From: an uncultured virus (IMG/VR IMGVR_UViG_3300037420_000217)
Lineage: Duplodnaviria > Heunggongvirae > Uroviricota > Caudoviricetes
Strand: one strand, 5' to 3'
DNA: 64,000 bases
IMG/VR virus record: IMGVR_UViG_3300037420_000217
Made by a program: the position numbers and the translations under genes. The notes beneath the pieces are model-generated. The model was not told the DNA's origin, did no database searches, and saw only the letters and a list, made by a program, of their open reading frames with translations. Positions 27,257-38,000 of the stretch are shown one piece after another (the first letter of the stretch is position 1; the number at the start of each line of letters is the position of its first letter).

Positions 27257-27562
27257 CTAGCTATCCGGTGGCGGGAGAGGACAATTGAAAGATAGCTTCG
27301 CGCCATTGGCGACAGCCCAACGGCACAGCCGAGCCTTCGCGCGCTCTGCGTCTTCACCCCAACGCTCAACAGCGCGGTTCCACGCCTCGTAGGCGTCCTC
27401 ATCGCTCAGTCCGGCATCACCAAGGATCGGCTTGGCCACCGGCCGGAGGTCAGCAGGGTCTGGGTACGCGGCCAGCCTCGGTGTCTTGTCTGCGCAGGAC
27501 GACACAAGCACGGCCACGCTGACGAGCAGTAGTGCTGCTGGGCGGAAGGTCTTTGACAGCAT
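27257..27562 (-). CDS. o-spanin (Rz1-like lipoprotein)
   Basis: Signal peptide with lipobox LVSSC, Pro-rich; overlaps the i-spanin 3' end; start ATG 27562. Confidence 0.75.
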   Translation of the reverse strand: MLSKTFRPAALLLVSVAVLVSSCADKTPRLAAYPDPADLRPVAKPILGDAGLSDEDAYEAWNRAVERWGEDAERAKARLCRWAVANGAKLSFNCPLPPPDS

Positions 27563-27854
27563 TGGCTTGCTCCTGTTCGGCCGCCGACGTGATAAGCATG
27601 TCGGCAGTCCTCTCACGCGCCGCGACCACTTTGGAAGCAGCATCACGTTGTATGACGCGGGTCTCAGCCTCAGCTGCAGCGATGGCGGCCCTGGAGCGCT
27701 CGGCCTTTGTGCCTTCGCACTTGCCGAGGGAGAAGGCCGCAAGGCCAACCAGGAGGGCTGTAGGGAGGGTGCGCTGCCAATCGGCCACAAGTGGCTTCAG
27801 GAAGCCCCAGACCAGGCCTCCTAGCGTGCGCAGGATGGCAAGGGCTTGGAACAT
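27450..27854 (-). CDS. i-spanin (Rz-like)
   Basis: N-terminal TM segments followed by an Ala-rich coiled coil; start ATG 27854. Confidence 0.7.
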   Translation of the reverse strand: MFQALAILRTLGGLVWGFLKPLVADWQRTLPTALLVGLAAFSLGKCEGTKAERSRAAIAAAEAETRVIQRDAASKVVAARERTADMLITSAAEQEQANAVKDLPPSSTTARQRGRACVVLRRQDTEAGRVPRPC

Positions 27855-27890
27855 GGCAGGCTCCTGAGTCTTGTGACACACCATAGACGC

Positions 27891-27921
27891 AAAGAGCCCA
27901 GACCGCGAGGCCTGGGCTCTT
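27891..27921 (-). terminator. Intrinsic terminator
   Basis: Minus strand AAGAGCCCAGGCC-TCGC-GGTCTGGGCTCTTT. Confidence 0.65.
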
Positions 27922-27945
27922 GAGGCAACCTTGGGGGAGGTGTGT

Positions 27946-28365
27946 TTAGTGCTGGAGTGCCTGTTCCAGTTCGCGGACCACCACGGCCCGGCGACGGCCC
28001 TTGGAGGGGCCTTTCAGTTCAGCCAGGGCGTGCTGGGCCGCTGTTTCGAGGTCCAGCACGCCTTCTCGCGCGCTGCCGAAGTCAGCGGGAGCCTTCTGCG
28101 GAGCTAGGGCCACGTCCAAGGCGTTCGACACCGGCGTCAGATCGACGCCTTGGAGTTGCTTGAGAGCCTGTCCCAGCTCCTTGACAATCCGATTGGCCTC
28201 GACGGCCTTCAAGCTGCCGGTGAGCGGCTTCGGGATGGAGCTGACATAATCAGCCTCAGCCTGCAACACGGCTTGGATCGTCTTGACGGCGATGGGGAGT
28301 AGCTGGTTGATTGTATCCAGCTGATCCGCCGCATCCGCCAATTGGCGGCGACGTTGATAGTTCAT
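27946..28365 (-). CDS. Helical hypothetical protein inserted between endolysin and spanins (139 aa)
   Basis: Own AGGAG SD, AGAAACTGAG motif and downstream terminator. Confidence 0.65.
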   Translation of the reverse strand: MNYQRRRQLADAADQLDTINQLLPIAVKTIQAVLQAEADYVSSIPKPLTGSLKAVEANRIVKELGQALKQLQGVDLTPVSNALDVALAPQKAPADFGSAREGVLDLETAAQHALAELKGPSKGRRRAVVVRELEQALQH

Positions 28366-28502
28366 CGTGACAACTCCTAGATGCTCAGTTTCTGATGCTC
28401 CACAAAACCTGTAGAAGCACTCACAAGTTCCCCTAAACTTGATGACTTATCCCCTCTTAGAGATTGACGGAACAACGCTTAAGCTACAGCTGAGGTGGTT
28501 GA

Positions 28503-29288
28503 TTACAACCAGCTACCGGCCTTAAGCGCAGCCTCGAAATGCAACGCGTGACCAGCGATCTTGGTGGCCTTGTCTGTGCCGTTTACCACATAGCGCGCAT
28601 TGACATACTGCTGCGCCGTTGCGGGGTTGAAGAGGTAGCGCCGCAAGCCTCGGCCGGTGAACCAGCCGTCGCGCATCCCATAGATCATGATCGCAACGGC
28701 GATGTCGAGCCGCAACGCGAGGTCCGGCGTGCGTTCCAGGTCCTCATCCGCCTTCAGGATGCCTAGCTTGTGGAGCTCAACAGTGGCACGACGGTAGTTG
28801 GCACGGCCGGTGAGTTGCGGGAAGCCTCGACCATGGAACAGCCCACCATCAGCAAGCGAGAGGTTGCCCAGGTCCTTGGCCTTCTGGCCCCGGCCATACT
28901 TCTCAAACCAGTCATCCACACCATTGTGGTCGCGGTCCCCCATGCCCTTCTCATGCACCGGCTGCATGGTCATGCCGGTCTCATGGTAGGCTGTGGCCAG
29001 GACGTAGGCCATCCAGGTCAGCGGGAGCACCCCAGCTCCAGCAGCCAGCATGCAACGCATCCCGTCGATTTGGGCGCGGGTCAGGACCCCAAACAGCGTC
29101 GCATCCACAGATGCGAAGAAGCCGTCAGGGTTCTGCAAGCCAGCGGTGGCCGTAGGGGCAGCCGGAGGTGGCGTCGCAGCCGGAGGCACAGGAGCGGGTG
29201 GCGCTCCAGACTCTAGCTCGCCTAGGATGCGATCCAGGACAGCCTGGACTTCCTTGACCTGCGCACGTATGCGCTCAGGATCGATCAA
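28503..29288 (-). CDS. Endolysin, glycoside hydrolase family 19
   Basis: AYVLATAYHETG..MQP..E, GRGFPQLTGRANY, AR.VVNG; lysis context. Confidence 0.85.
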   Translation of the reverse strand: MIDPERIRAQVKEVQAVLDRILGELESGAPPAPVPPAATPPPAAPTATAGLQNPDGFFASVDATLFGVLTRAQIDGMRCMLAAGAGVLPLTWMAYVLATAYHETGMTMQPVHEKGMGDRDHNGVDDWFEKYGRGQKAKDLGNLSLADGGLFHGRGFPQLTGRANYRRATVELHKLGILKADEDLERTPDLALRLDIAVAIMIYGMRDGWFTGRGLRRYLFNPATAQQYVNARYVVNGTDKATKIAGHALHFEAALKAGSWL

Positions 29289-29650
29289 GGCAGCCTCTGG
29301 CTCTCCGGCAGCTCGGCCGCCTCTGGTCCCACCGGCTGAGGTTCGGTGGGGGCAACGGCCTTGGGACCGAAGTGTGGGATGATCTGCTTGAAGACCGATC
29401 CGGCCTGGATCACCCGCGCAAGGTCCACTGAGTTGGCCCCACCGAAGTACAACAAGAGCACGAAGGCTTGGCTCAGCAGTAGCCAGAAGCAGAGCGTGAG
29501 GGCGTCCTTGTCCGGCAGCTTGAACCAGATGAGGACGCCGATGAACACGTTGACGCAGAGGCAGACCAGGAAGGCCCCGAACCGCCTCCAGCCCATGTTG
29601 GGTTCCGGTAGTGGGTCTTGAAGATCAAGCCCAGGAGGAAGCTCGTTCAT
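29285..29650 (-). CDS. Holin-like membrane protein (2 TM)
   Basis: Two hydrophobic helices; immediately upstream of the endolysin. Confidence 0.55.
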   Translation of the reverse strand: MNELPPGLDLQDPLPEPNMGWRRFGAFLVCLCVNVFIGVLIWFKLPDKDALTLCFWLLLSQAFVLLLYFGGANSVDLARVIQAGSVFKQIIPHFGPKAVAPTEPQPVGPEAAELPESQRLP

Positions 29651-30045
29651 CTGACTATCACCCTGAGACCCCTGCGCTCCACCTGGCCGCGTCGACAGCG
29701 GGCGAGGTCCATGATAGTCTGAATGCGCTTGTGGGTTTGTGCCGGCAGCCTGGACCGGAGGTGGTGCTCAAGCAGTGCGGTTTGCGCTACAGCCATGGCG
29801 ATGGAAACGCACAGCGCCCCGGCCGTGACGTATACCGGCGTTGATTGGTTGGCCAGAGAGAACATCTCCAGGCCACGGTAGGCTAGGAACACCGACCATG
29901 CGAACATAGCCAGGCGCACGTGCAGGCGCATTGTCGGGTAGTTTATGCGCTCGGGTCCAGCCATGATCTCCAGGAGGCCCACACAGAAGGCCGACCAGAG
30001 CACAGCCGTAGCGGCAACAACGGTCAGGATCAACGGGAAGTTCAT
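29647..30045 (-). CDS. Membrane protein (3 TM), holin/antiholin candidate
   Basis: Three hydrophobic segments, basic C-terminus. Confidence 0.5.
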   Translation of the reverse strand: MNFPLILTVVAATAVLWSAFCVGLLEIMAGPERINYPTMRLHVRLAMFAWSVFLAYRGLEMFSLANQSTPVYVTAGALCVSIAMAVAQTALLEHHLRSRLPAQTHKRIQTIMDLARCRRGQVERRGLRVIVR

Positions 30046-30404
30046 CAGTCATCTGCTCCTTGGCTCAACGACGCCCCTAGGTCGGACAGCCATCCTCCGA
30101 GTGCCTTCTTAAAGGCAGGCACCACACCTTCAACGATTACTGGCCACAGAACGTTCGCCATCAATCCGACCGCCACAGCTGCCGGGTACACCTTGACGTG
30201 AGGGAAAAGCTCGGCCAGCCACGGTGCGAACGCCATGGCAGCCACTGGACCGAAGAACATAGACACCCAGAACTGAACCCAGGCTCGTGCCAACTGGCGC
30301 GATGTGGGCGTATCGTCTGCGTACAACGCTGCGCTGAGACGCGTGGCGGCGTTGACGAAGGCCCCCGACAACCCCAGCAAGGCCACAATGATGAAGTGCG
30401 TCAC
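30045..30404 (-). CDS. Membrane protein (3 TM), holin candidate
   Basis: Hydrophobic helices; first gene of the lysis block. Confidence 0.5.
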   Translation of the reverse strand: MTHFIIVALLGLSGAFVNAATRLSAALYADDTPTSRQLARAWVQFWVSMFFGPVAAMAFAPWLAELFPHVKVYPAAVAVGLMANVLWPVIVEGVVPAFKKALGGWLSDLGASLSQGADD

Positions 30405-30517
30405 TCAACTGGCACCCTTTGCAGCCTGCGGTAGCTTCAGATGAGGGCCAGAACCTAGTGCGAACCTAGTAGCCAGGGCAACGCCATCGTACACGAAACA
30501 TTCCCCATTCGCAACGA

Positions 30518-30961
30518 TTAGATAGCTTGCGCCTCAGCCCACATCGCATCGATTTGAGCTTCAGTGATGCCCAGGCCTGCGGCCACCTTGGCGAACAAGG
30601 GACTGGTGCGGTGGAAGTCGGGAGCATCAGCCCACCACAGCGCCAGCTCGCCGTCATCATCAGCGCTGTTGACAAAGGACGTCACTGCAGTCAGCAGTCC
30701 ATGGCGACGCAACACCTCCTTGGCCTGGAGCCGGGTGACGGACGCGGCAGGCAGTGTGATGACGTCCCAGCCGTCCGTGCCGTTCCACTTCACCTCTTGA
30801 GTGGCAGGATCATGGGACGGGATCGGCGGAGCCTCGATCAGACCGCAGGCTTCAATCCCCTCAGGGTTCTGATCCAGATGCGACCACACGCTGCCATCCT
30901 CGCTGATGGCAAAGCCGGGCAGAGGCCCCGGTTCTTGGCCAAGCTTGTACCAGAGTGCCAT
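30518..30961 (-). CDS. Tail fibre assembly/chaperone-like protein
   Basis: P.HDPATQ..W...W then SVTRLQAK...W..A..F.R.SP...LG.T..QID pattern; follows the fibre gene. Confidence 0.6.
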   Translation of the reverse strand: MALWYKLGQEPGPLPGFAISEDGSVWSHLDQNPEGIEACGLIEAPPIPSHDPATQEVKWNGTDGWDVITLPAASVTRLQAKEVLRRHGLLTAVTSFVNSADDDGELALWWADAPDFHRTSPLFAKVAAGLGITEAQIDAMWAEAQAI

Positions 30962-31788
30962 CAGTCAAACGCTCCCAATTCGTCGATCAGATTGGACAGA
31001 ATGGCCAGGAACTTGGCTCCTTGGACCGCCGTTGCCGTGTAACTGAGGAAGCCATACGCACAGAGCCTCCCTGCATTCAGAGCGTTCTTGCTATCTGACG
31101 AGGTGATGTAGTTGGAGCTTGGGGCAGAGAATGAGGCCGATCCAAGACGCCCAACGCCGCCGGGCATGAAGGCATCTATGTAACGACTACCGAGGATGAT
31201 TTGTGTGGCGGAGAGGAAGGTACCGCCTGCAAAGCGGACGCCAGGAAGGATTTGTCCATTGCCGCCCTGAAGGGTGGTCTCCCACACGCCGGGGATTTGA
31301 TAGCTGGACCCCGCATCGCAGGTTATGAGACTGGTGGCTGCGAACTCGTCACCCGTTTCTGGTGCTCCATCTGCGTCTCCATAAAAATGGGACATTTTTG
31401 CTGCCAGAAAGGTACAAGTTTGGTAATTGTTATCCAGGATCGTCGCCGTGATCGGAAACTTGATCCGATGCGTGGCGTCAAATCCAGTAAAGCCCTTGAG
31501 CGCCACGAAGGGGGGCTGAGAACCTACAATCACAGCATCTCGCGCCGTGTCGCCGATGACGCTTAGCAGCGAGGCGTTGTATGTATGGGCGCATGTAACC
31601 CACAGACCCTTGATCAATACCCATAGCCCGGCCGCTTTCCAGCGGTAGATCGCCTTGTTCATGGCGTTACGATATTCGTTTGGAGGCGGAGTAGTCATAC
31701 GCGCAAACAGCGCGATGGCTTCGGCCTGTACAGGCGTACCGTCCGTGTTCGAGGTAATGCCGCCGATGTAGCGGTTGTTCTTAGGCAT
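30961..31788 (-). CDS. Putative tail fibre/receptor-binding protein
   Basis: End of the tail module; AT-richer central part. Confidence 0.55.
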   Translation of the reverse strand: MPKNNRYIGGITSNTDGTPVQAEAIALFARMTTPPPNEYRNAMNKAIYRWKAAGLWVLIKGLWVTCAHTYNASLLSVIGDTARDAVIVGSQPPFVALKGFTGFDATHRIKFPITATILDNNYQTCTFLAAKMSHFYGDADGAPETGDEFAATSLITCDAGSSYQIPGVWETTLQGGNGQILPGVRFAGGTFLSATQIILGSRYIDAFMPGGVGRLGSASFSAPSSNYITSSDSKNALNAGRLCAYGFLSYTATAVQGAKFLAILSNLIDELGAFD

Positions 31789-32119
31789 CGTCGTCCACGC
31801 TGGTTAGGCTGAAGTCCGCAGCACTGTTGGCCGATGCACGCACCTGGACTTTCCAGCCCGCCGTCAGCAGCAGTCCTGACTCCAGGTCGGGCGCACCTCC
31901 GGTCTGAAGATAGGTCACAGGGTAGTTGCGGCACCGGTAGTGGTTGTTGGAGGGATTGGCGGTGTCCACCAGATACACGTCCACGTACACGTCGGACGTG
32001 GTGATGTTGGCGCACCGGAGGTCCACGCTGCGCACCTTGCCAGTCGGCACCTCGTTGCCGATATCCGTCAGAGAGGTGGTGCCGGTCAGGCGAACCGGGG
32101 CGTTGATTGTGTCAGCCAT
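31781..32119 (-). CDS. Small beta-rich virion protein
   Basis: Tail-tip context; beta-strand pattern. Confidence 0.6.
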   Translation of the reverse strand: MADTINAPVRLTGTTSLTDIGNEVPTGKVRSVDLRCANITTSDVYVDVYLVDTANPSNNHYRCRNYPVTYLQTGGAPDLESGLLLTAGWKVQVRASANSAADFSLTSVDDDA

Positions 32120-32695
32120 TTAGCGAAGCTCCCGGTTGTAGAAACGACTGCGCGACTTCAGACGGGCCAGCTCAGTTTCGAGCGCGACCATGCGGCCGGT
32201 TAGCGAGGCGTCGATTGGTGCGGCGACAGATATGTTCCAAAGGGCCTGGGAGCCGCTGCCAGACTTCAGCAGCACGCGAACGGTCATCGTCTTGGCTGTA
32301 GCATCGAAGGCCAGGATGGGTCCGACCATCTGAACGGTGGGGTCCGTGTCATACGCCACGCAGACCGTTTGTCCCTTGGTGAAGGCCTTCCCAGCCTGCA
32401 ACAACGCGAGACTGATGTCAGTTGGCACCGAGGCCGGAATAGCAATGGTGGAGGTTGAGGTGGCGGAGGTTCCTGGAGCATTGACTGCTGACGCGGCGTA
32501 GCCCTGGATTTCCACGGCTTTGCCCTTGACCCAATTCGCTACGCCCACCAGCACGGTGATGAGCGGAATGAACCACAGGCGATGCCCACCGCCATCCATG
32601 CCCCGAACCGGAGAGCTGGAGGCGTATACGCCATCACTGTATGTGTTGTTGTCGCCGCCGATGTCTGAGGAGATTGTAACCGTGTTGACGGTCAA
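32120..32695 (-). CDS. Minor tail protein
   Basis: ATSTSTI...GQTV...M.G....D...TV...GSG...WNIS tail-tip pattern. Confidence 0.6.
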   Translation of the reverse strand: MTVNTVTISSDIGGDNNTYSDGVYASSSPVRGMDGGGHRLWFIPLITVLVGVANWVKGKAVEIQGYAASAVNAPGTSATSTSTIAIPASVPTDISLALLQAGKAFTKGQTVCVAYDTDPTVQMVGPILAFDATAKTMTVRVLLKSGSGSQALWNISVAAPIDASLTGRMVALETELARLKSRSRFYNRELR

Positions 32696-33579
32696 GGCAC
32701 TGACTCCTTCACTTCCCAGGCGGTTTGAACGGCCTGTTGTCCATCAACGTAGGCTTGCGGGAACTCCAACGCCTCCAGCTTGCGCAGGCGTCCCAGATAC
32801 TGGCGACGGATGGCGTGCCGGGTGTCGGTGGGGTTCCACATGAACACGACTTCCTTGTCGATACCCGACAGCCGCTGAATTTCAAAGGCCTTGGACATTG
32901 CTTCATCCTCAGTCATACCACGCGTGACGAAGCGGGTGACTCGGTATGTGATGCCCTCGTTGAAGAACTCAGCGCCAGAGTGAGCCAGAGACACCTCAGC
33001 AGTCGTCTCCAGCTGGATGACCGCGCCAAAGTCCATGTTGTATTGGGGCTGCCAGGACGGTGCTTGGAACAGGCGACCGATCTGGATGTACGGCTTGACG
33101 TTCTCTTGATCGTTGAATTCGAACAGCCAATACAAAGGTCGCACAGCAGCTGGCAGATTGTGGATCAGCGTCCAGACGTAAGCCTTCCGGTCACGCTCCA
33201 GGTAGCGGCCAGACCACCAGTTGGGAGAGCCCCAATCAAGATCGTATGAGTCGAAGGGCGCTGGCCATACGTCCATCCATCCGCTGTCATAGTCGAATGT
33301 GGTCAGCGTCGGATCATCAGTGTAGCGCACCCTGTACTGCGCCGACAAACTCATGTTATGGTTGGCCAAGGCGATGTTGGAGATGAGATTGTCGTCAGGA
33401 TACTGAGCCACGAACTTGGTGTGGTCAGGATTGAGACTAGTAGAGCGGGCCACCTGCTCAAGCTCTCGCACTTGGAGATTGCTCAACGGCAGCGTGGACG
33501 TCCAGGAGCCGCCAGACAACGTAGCATTGTCAACCAAATTGTCATAAGCAATCAGGACTTCTTCAGTTTGGTTGACCAT
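32692..33579 (-). CDS. Minor tail protein (distal-tail-like)
   Basis: Position after hub gene; YDSGW, IGRLF....QP.YN..FG. Confidence 0.65.
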   Translation of the reverse strand: MVNQTEEVLIAYDNLVDNATLSGGSWTSTLPLSNLQVRELEQVARSTSLNPDHTKFVAQYPDDNLISNIALANHNMSLSAQYRVRYTDDPTLTTFDYDSGWMDVWPAPFDSYDLDWGSPNWWSGRYLERDRKAYVWTLIHNLPAAVRPLYWLFEFNDQENVKPYIQIGRLFQAPSWQPQYNMDFGAVIQLETTAEVSLAHSGAEFFNEGITYRVTRFVTRGMTEDEAMSKAFEIQRLSGIDKEVVFMWNPTDTRHAIRRQYLGRLRKLEALEFPQAYVDGQQAVQTAWEVKESVP

Positions 33580-33581
33580 GC

Positions 33582-35099
33582 TCAGCCCCAGATCGTGAGA
33601 ACTACGTCGTTGGTGTACAGCTGAAGCGACACACCCAGCACCACAAACAACTTGCCATCGTCCAATCCGTACCTCGGATATTGTACACTGACAACATCAT
33701 TTAATTGAGTGGTGCCCAGCACAGAGGCGTCGATGGTGACCTCATACATGTCACGGTGGCGCGAATACAGATCGAAGTCCCGCAAGGCTTGCGTCCGAGC
33801 ATCAGCCTCGTTGATCAGCAGCGTGTCCAGCTGGTAGTCGTCTGCCAGACGATACTGCGTCTTGATCGCTGCGTTGGACGCCGGTTGCGCAGATCGACGC
33901 TCCCTCGTGAGATAAGCCTTGCGCGCCGCCGTCAGCGAGCCTGCGAGCGTGGCGAGCGTGTGCTGCGTATACAGCTTGCAATAGTTGGTTGTGGCACGCC
34001 ACAGCGGCCGATCCCCGTCAGCCGGGGTGATGCGCTCCAGCTCCTTGACCCGGCTGTTGGTGATGGTCAGAACCGGCGTGGCGGTGGGCTCATGAAGCCG
34101 CCCCACCTTCATGGCTCCATCGTTGTTGAAGATCGCGAACGCGCCGACGCTCTGAAGCACCTGGTTGATCGCTGAGCGCACAGTCGAGTTATCGTTGATG
34201 TGGATGCCCACCTGAGCAGGCACCTCAGTATCCAGGGCTGTGAACGAGGTTTCCTCAAACAACGTCACCCCAGCCAGTGCGCAGAGCCGTTTGGTGACCT
34301 GGGCGACCGTGCGGGATGCGACCGTGGACCCTTCAATCACATCAGCCGTCAGCACACCCTGCGGTGTGGCGCTGAGCTTGAACAGGCCTTCAGCCAGACA
34401 CGTCTGGTAGTAACCTGGAGTATATGGGGCGGCCAGGAGTAGGGCGCTCGTGGCATAGTCTGAACCACGCGTGAGCGGCGAGCCCTTGTCGTACACAGCT
34501 GCGATGTCGTACACAGCGCCGTCGTTGACACGGTACACTTCAACGTCTGTGTTCACGCAATCAGCCGGGACCTGGTACACGGTTCCGAACAGGCGCGGCT
34601 TCATCTTGCCTTTGATGTCGTTGGCTGTGCCCTCAATGCCAGCTGGAAGCGCGTTGTCACCGCGATAGGGATTGGTGCAGACCGGCACTTCCAAGACCTG
34701 CTGTAGATCGCGCAGGCGCATGGTCACCTTCTTACGGTCCACCTGCGGCGGTCCATCAGTGGTGCCTGAGTACAGGATCGGCATTGACGCGTAAGGCAGG
34801 CCCTTCACATAGCGACGCAGCAGGATGCGCTGGCCATCCCAGCCGTAGTTGATCCAGCTGTCAAAGCGCCCATCATTCTTCAGGCTCAACGCACCAATGT
34901 CGAGATCGCCAGTCCCACCAGCTCGCGTGGACCCGTACACGCTGCGCGTGATGTCTCCAGGATCATCCAGGGCGTTGGTGAACGCAACCGATCCAGGTGT
35001 GTCAGAGGGCTCAGTGGCGTAGCTGCCATTGCTGACATAGAACGTCTTCAGAGTGCCCAGAGGATCGATGATGGCGTCAATCTCGGCGAGGATCATCAC
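33582..35099 (-). CDS. Tail tip/hub protein
   Basis: Directly after TMP; GK.KP..FG.V, V.D.G, YPRYGL..G. Confidence 0.7.
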   Translation of the reverse strand: MMILAEIDAIIDPLGTLKTFYVSNGSYATEPSDTPGSVAFTNALDDPGDITRSVYGSTRAGGTGDLDIGALSLKNDGRFDSWINYGWDGQRILLRRYVKGLPYASMPILYSGTTDGPPQVDRKKVTMRLRDLQQVLEVPVCTNPYRGDNALPAGIEGTANDIKGKMKPRLFGTVYQVPADCVNTDVEVYRVNDGAVYDIAAVYDKGSPLTRGSDYATSALLLAAPYTPGYYQTCLAEGLFKLSATPQGVLTADVIEGSTVASRTVAQVTKRLCALAGVTLFEETSFTALDTEVPAQVGIHINDNSTVRSAINQVLQSVGAFAIFNNDGAMKVGRLHEPTATPVLTITNSRVKELERITPADGDRPLWRATTNYCKLYTQHTLATLAGSLTAARKAYLTRERRSAQPASNAAIKTQYRLADDYQLDTLLINEADARTQALRDFDLYSRHRDMYEVTIDASVLGTTQLNDVVSVQYPRYGLDDGKLFVVLGVSLQLYTNDVVLTIWG

Positions 35100-38000
35100 G
35101 CAGCCTTGTTGTTACGCAGCACCCGCTTGATATCCTGGAGCGTGCGGTTCAGCTCGTCCGACTTCTTGGCATCTCGGTTGCTGGCTTCGACGCCCAGCAA
35201 AGCCGCCCCCTTCTGAGCAGCCAGCAGTTCGGTCAGGAGCTGCTTCACCTCCGGGTCCATCGCCTGGCCACCAGAATTGCGCGAGGACACAGCTCGGACA
35301 CCGAGATGGCCCGAGGATGTGCGGGTGAGCGGCATGATGGCCTCCGGGTCAGCCTCGCCCATCTCACCGATGTTGAACTGCGTCCGGGTCTTGACAATGG
35401 AGCCGCCGTCGAAGGCGCTGCCCAGAGCGAACGGCACCACGCTCCGGTCCTCGTTGGAGCCGAAGTGGTTCCAATGGAACTTGCCGTATTGCTCCAGCGA
35501 CATCCCGAGCTGCGACTTGTTGGCTTCATAGTACGAAGCCAGATCAGCATTGCCCTGGACATAGCCACTGTAGCTCCCGGCCGTCTGCGGACCAGTCGCG
35601 GTGGCAGGCGTCGTCGTGGCCGGAGCAGGGTCAGCAGGCTTCTGCTGGGCGGCCAGCGCTGCAGCTTCGGCTGCGGCTCGCGCCGCTTCGGCCGCCTGAG
35701 TAGCGGCAGCCTGCGCCGCCGCTTGAGCTGCGGTCGCCGAAGCCAGAGACGCAATGGCGTCGCGGACGCTCAACACGGATTGATTGACCGTCAGCAGACC
35801 TTCGACCTGCTTGTTGAGCGCGGCGAGTTGCTGAGTGGCTGTGTCCACCTGGGTTTGAGCGAATTGCGTGGCCTGGTCCACAGCATTCTTGACCTGTTCC
35901 AGGTCCTTGAAGTACTGCTCGCTGCTAGCATAGTAATCCTTGCTGGCGTCCAGATAGTCCTGGCCGACCTGCTGAAGATCAGCCAAGGCCTTCTCATCGC
36001 CAGTGAGCGCCTTAGCACTGGTGGTCTCGAACAGAGACTTGGAGCGCTTGTAGCGTTCCTCAGGCGTCAGCAGCGCGGACGGTCCAGTTTCAAGGGTCTG
36101 GCGGAACGCCTTCAGGGTCTCCACAAAGCCTTCAAACTTCTCTTTGACCGCCGTGATGGCGTCAGCCTCACGCTCGTAGGCTTCCTGTAGCCGATCCCTG
36201 GCGTCCGTAACCTTGTCGCTCTCCTCAGAGAGACTGGCCATGTAATCCACAACAGAGGAGAACGCCGGGGCGATCTTCAGCAGTTGAGCATAGGTCTCAG
36301 CTCCCTTCTCCGTGGTCAGGTCCAGACCAAGAACCAGCTTCTTGAATTCCTCCTTGGTCTTGATAGTGCCGTATCCGAGCTTGCCCAGCTCGGTATACAC
36401 AGCCGTGATCACCGGCTTCATGCGCTCATCAACGCTGAGGAAGCTCTCACCGAACTCCTGCGTCATGCTGACGAGTTCGTCCATGCCACCGGCGAGGTCG
36501 ATCAGATACTGACGCGCCTTCAGGGAGGAGACACCCACAGCGCCGAACGTCTTGCCGATGGCGGACAGCGTGATGTCAAGCACCTGGTATTCGCGTGCCA
36601 CCCTGGTGAGGGTCTCAAACGCTCCCTCACCGACCTTCTGCAGCTCCGTGATGAACGGCGCAGCCGTGGTGGCCATGTCGTCGGCCGCCTTGCTGAACAC
36701 CGAGGCTAGGGCTTCCTCAATCTCCTCTCCGGTCATGTCCTTGAACGACAGCTTGCCCAGGTTCAGGGTCATGGCGTCGATCAAGCTCTGGGCTCCCTCC
36801 AGACCCAGGACCTTGGCAGCCTCCAGGACCCCGCCGCGCAGGCTGCTGATGACGTCCGTGATCTGGTCCTTCAGGTCGCCGTCCAGGGTATCAGTGAGGG
36901 TGCTGACCTTGGTCTTGTTGCTGTAGGTGATCCCAAAGGCTTTCTTCTTGGTCTGGGTGGCGATCTGCTGGTAAGTGTTCCCAGAGACGCCATTGGCCAA
37001 GATGTCCGACAACGTGCCGGAGTTGAAGTCAATCCCTTGATCTTGTAGCGTGGTCTTCTTGGTGGTGCCAAACAGCCCAGGTAACAGCACCGAGAACGGG
37101 TTGGCAATCTTGGTAAAGGTGCCGGGTCCTTGGCGTGTGGTGCCGAGATTGAGGTCTGAGGTGTCAAACGCACCGCCAGGTATTTGGAGCTGGCGAGCGA
37201 TCAAGGCGGCCAGGGAGCTGATCTGCGTGTCGATAGACCGCAGGGCCTTCAGCATGCCATTGCTGTATTCAAGCTCCTTGTTTGTGTTCTTGGACACGGC
37301 GTCCAGGGCTCGCTGGATGCTCTCAGACTTGGCTGTGGGATCGCCCAGCACAGACCCGGCACCCTGAGCCTTCTGGCGATCCTCAGCGTCAGTGACCCCC
37401 TTCTGAGAGCCACCGCCGCTCAGGCCCTTAACTCCAACGCCTACCATGAAGGCGACAGCAGCAGCTGCGACGGGGAAGGCCCATGGGCCGAGAGCTGCGA
37501 AGATGCCCGCGATGCCCTCTGCGGCCTTCGCACTGGCACGAGCCGTGGAGCCTGCGACCACAGCCGTGGTCTGGGTGGTTTCGCTAGTGACCGTGGCCGC
37601 CGTCTCAGCCGTCTTGAAGAAGATGGATTTGACAGCCATGGCGAACTCAAACAGCCGGTAAGCCTTCTCAGCGCCTTCCAGCACCTTGTATGCCGCAGAC
37701 TTCTCGCTGAAGAACTCCTTGGATGCACTCAGCATGTCGCCGTAGTGCTGAATCTCAGCATCGCGAGCGTCCTTGCTGAAGGCAGCCAGACGCCGGGCGT
37801 CATTGCCGCCTTGGTCGGTGTAAGCCTTCTGAGCGCGAGCGATCTCAGCTTGCTTGCGGTCGTAGGCCGTGAGCGTCGTGATCAGCTTGCCCACCGCCGA
37901 GCCAATCCGGCCGAACGAGCTGGTCAGGCCGGTGGCCATCTGGGAGGCAATAGCGTCGATGCGGCTGAGCGCGTCCACCTGGTAGTCCAGGCCCATGTTG

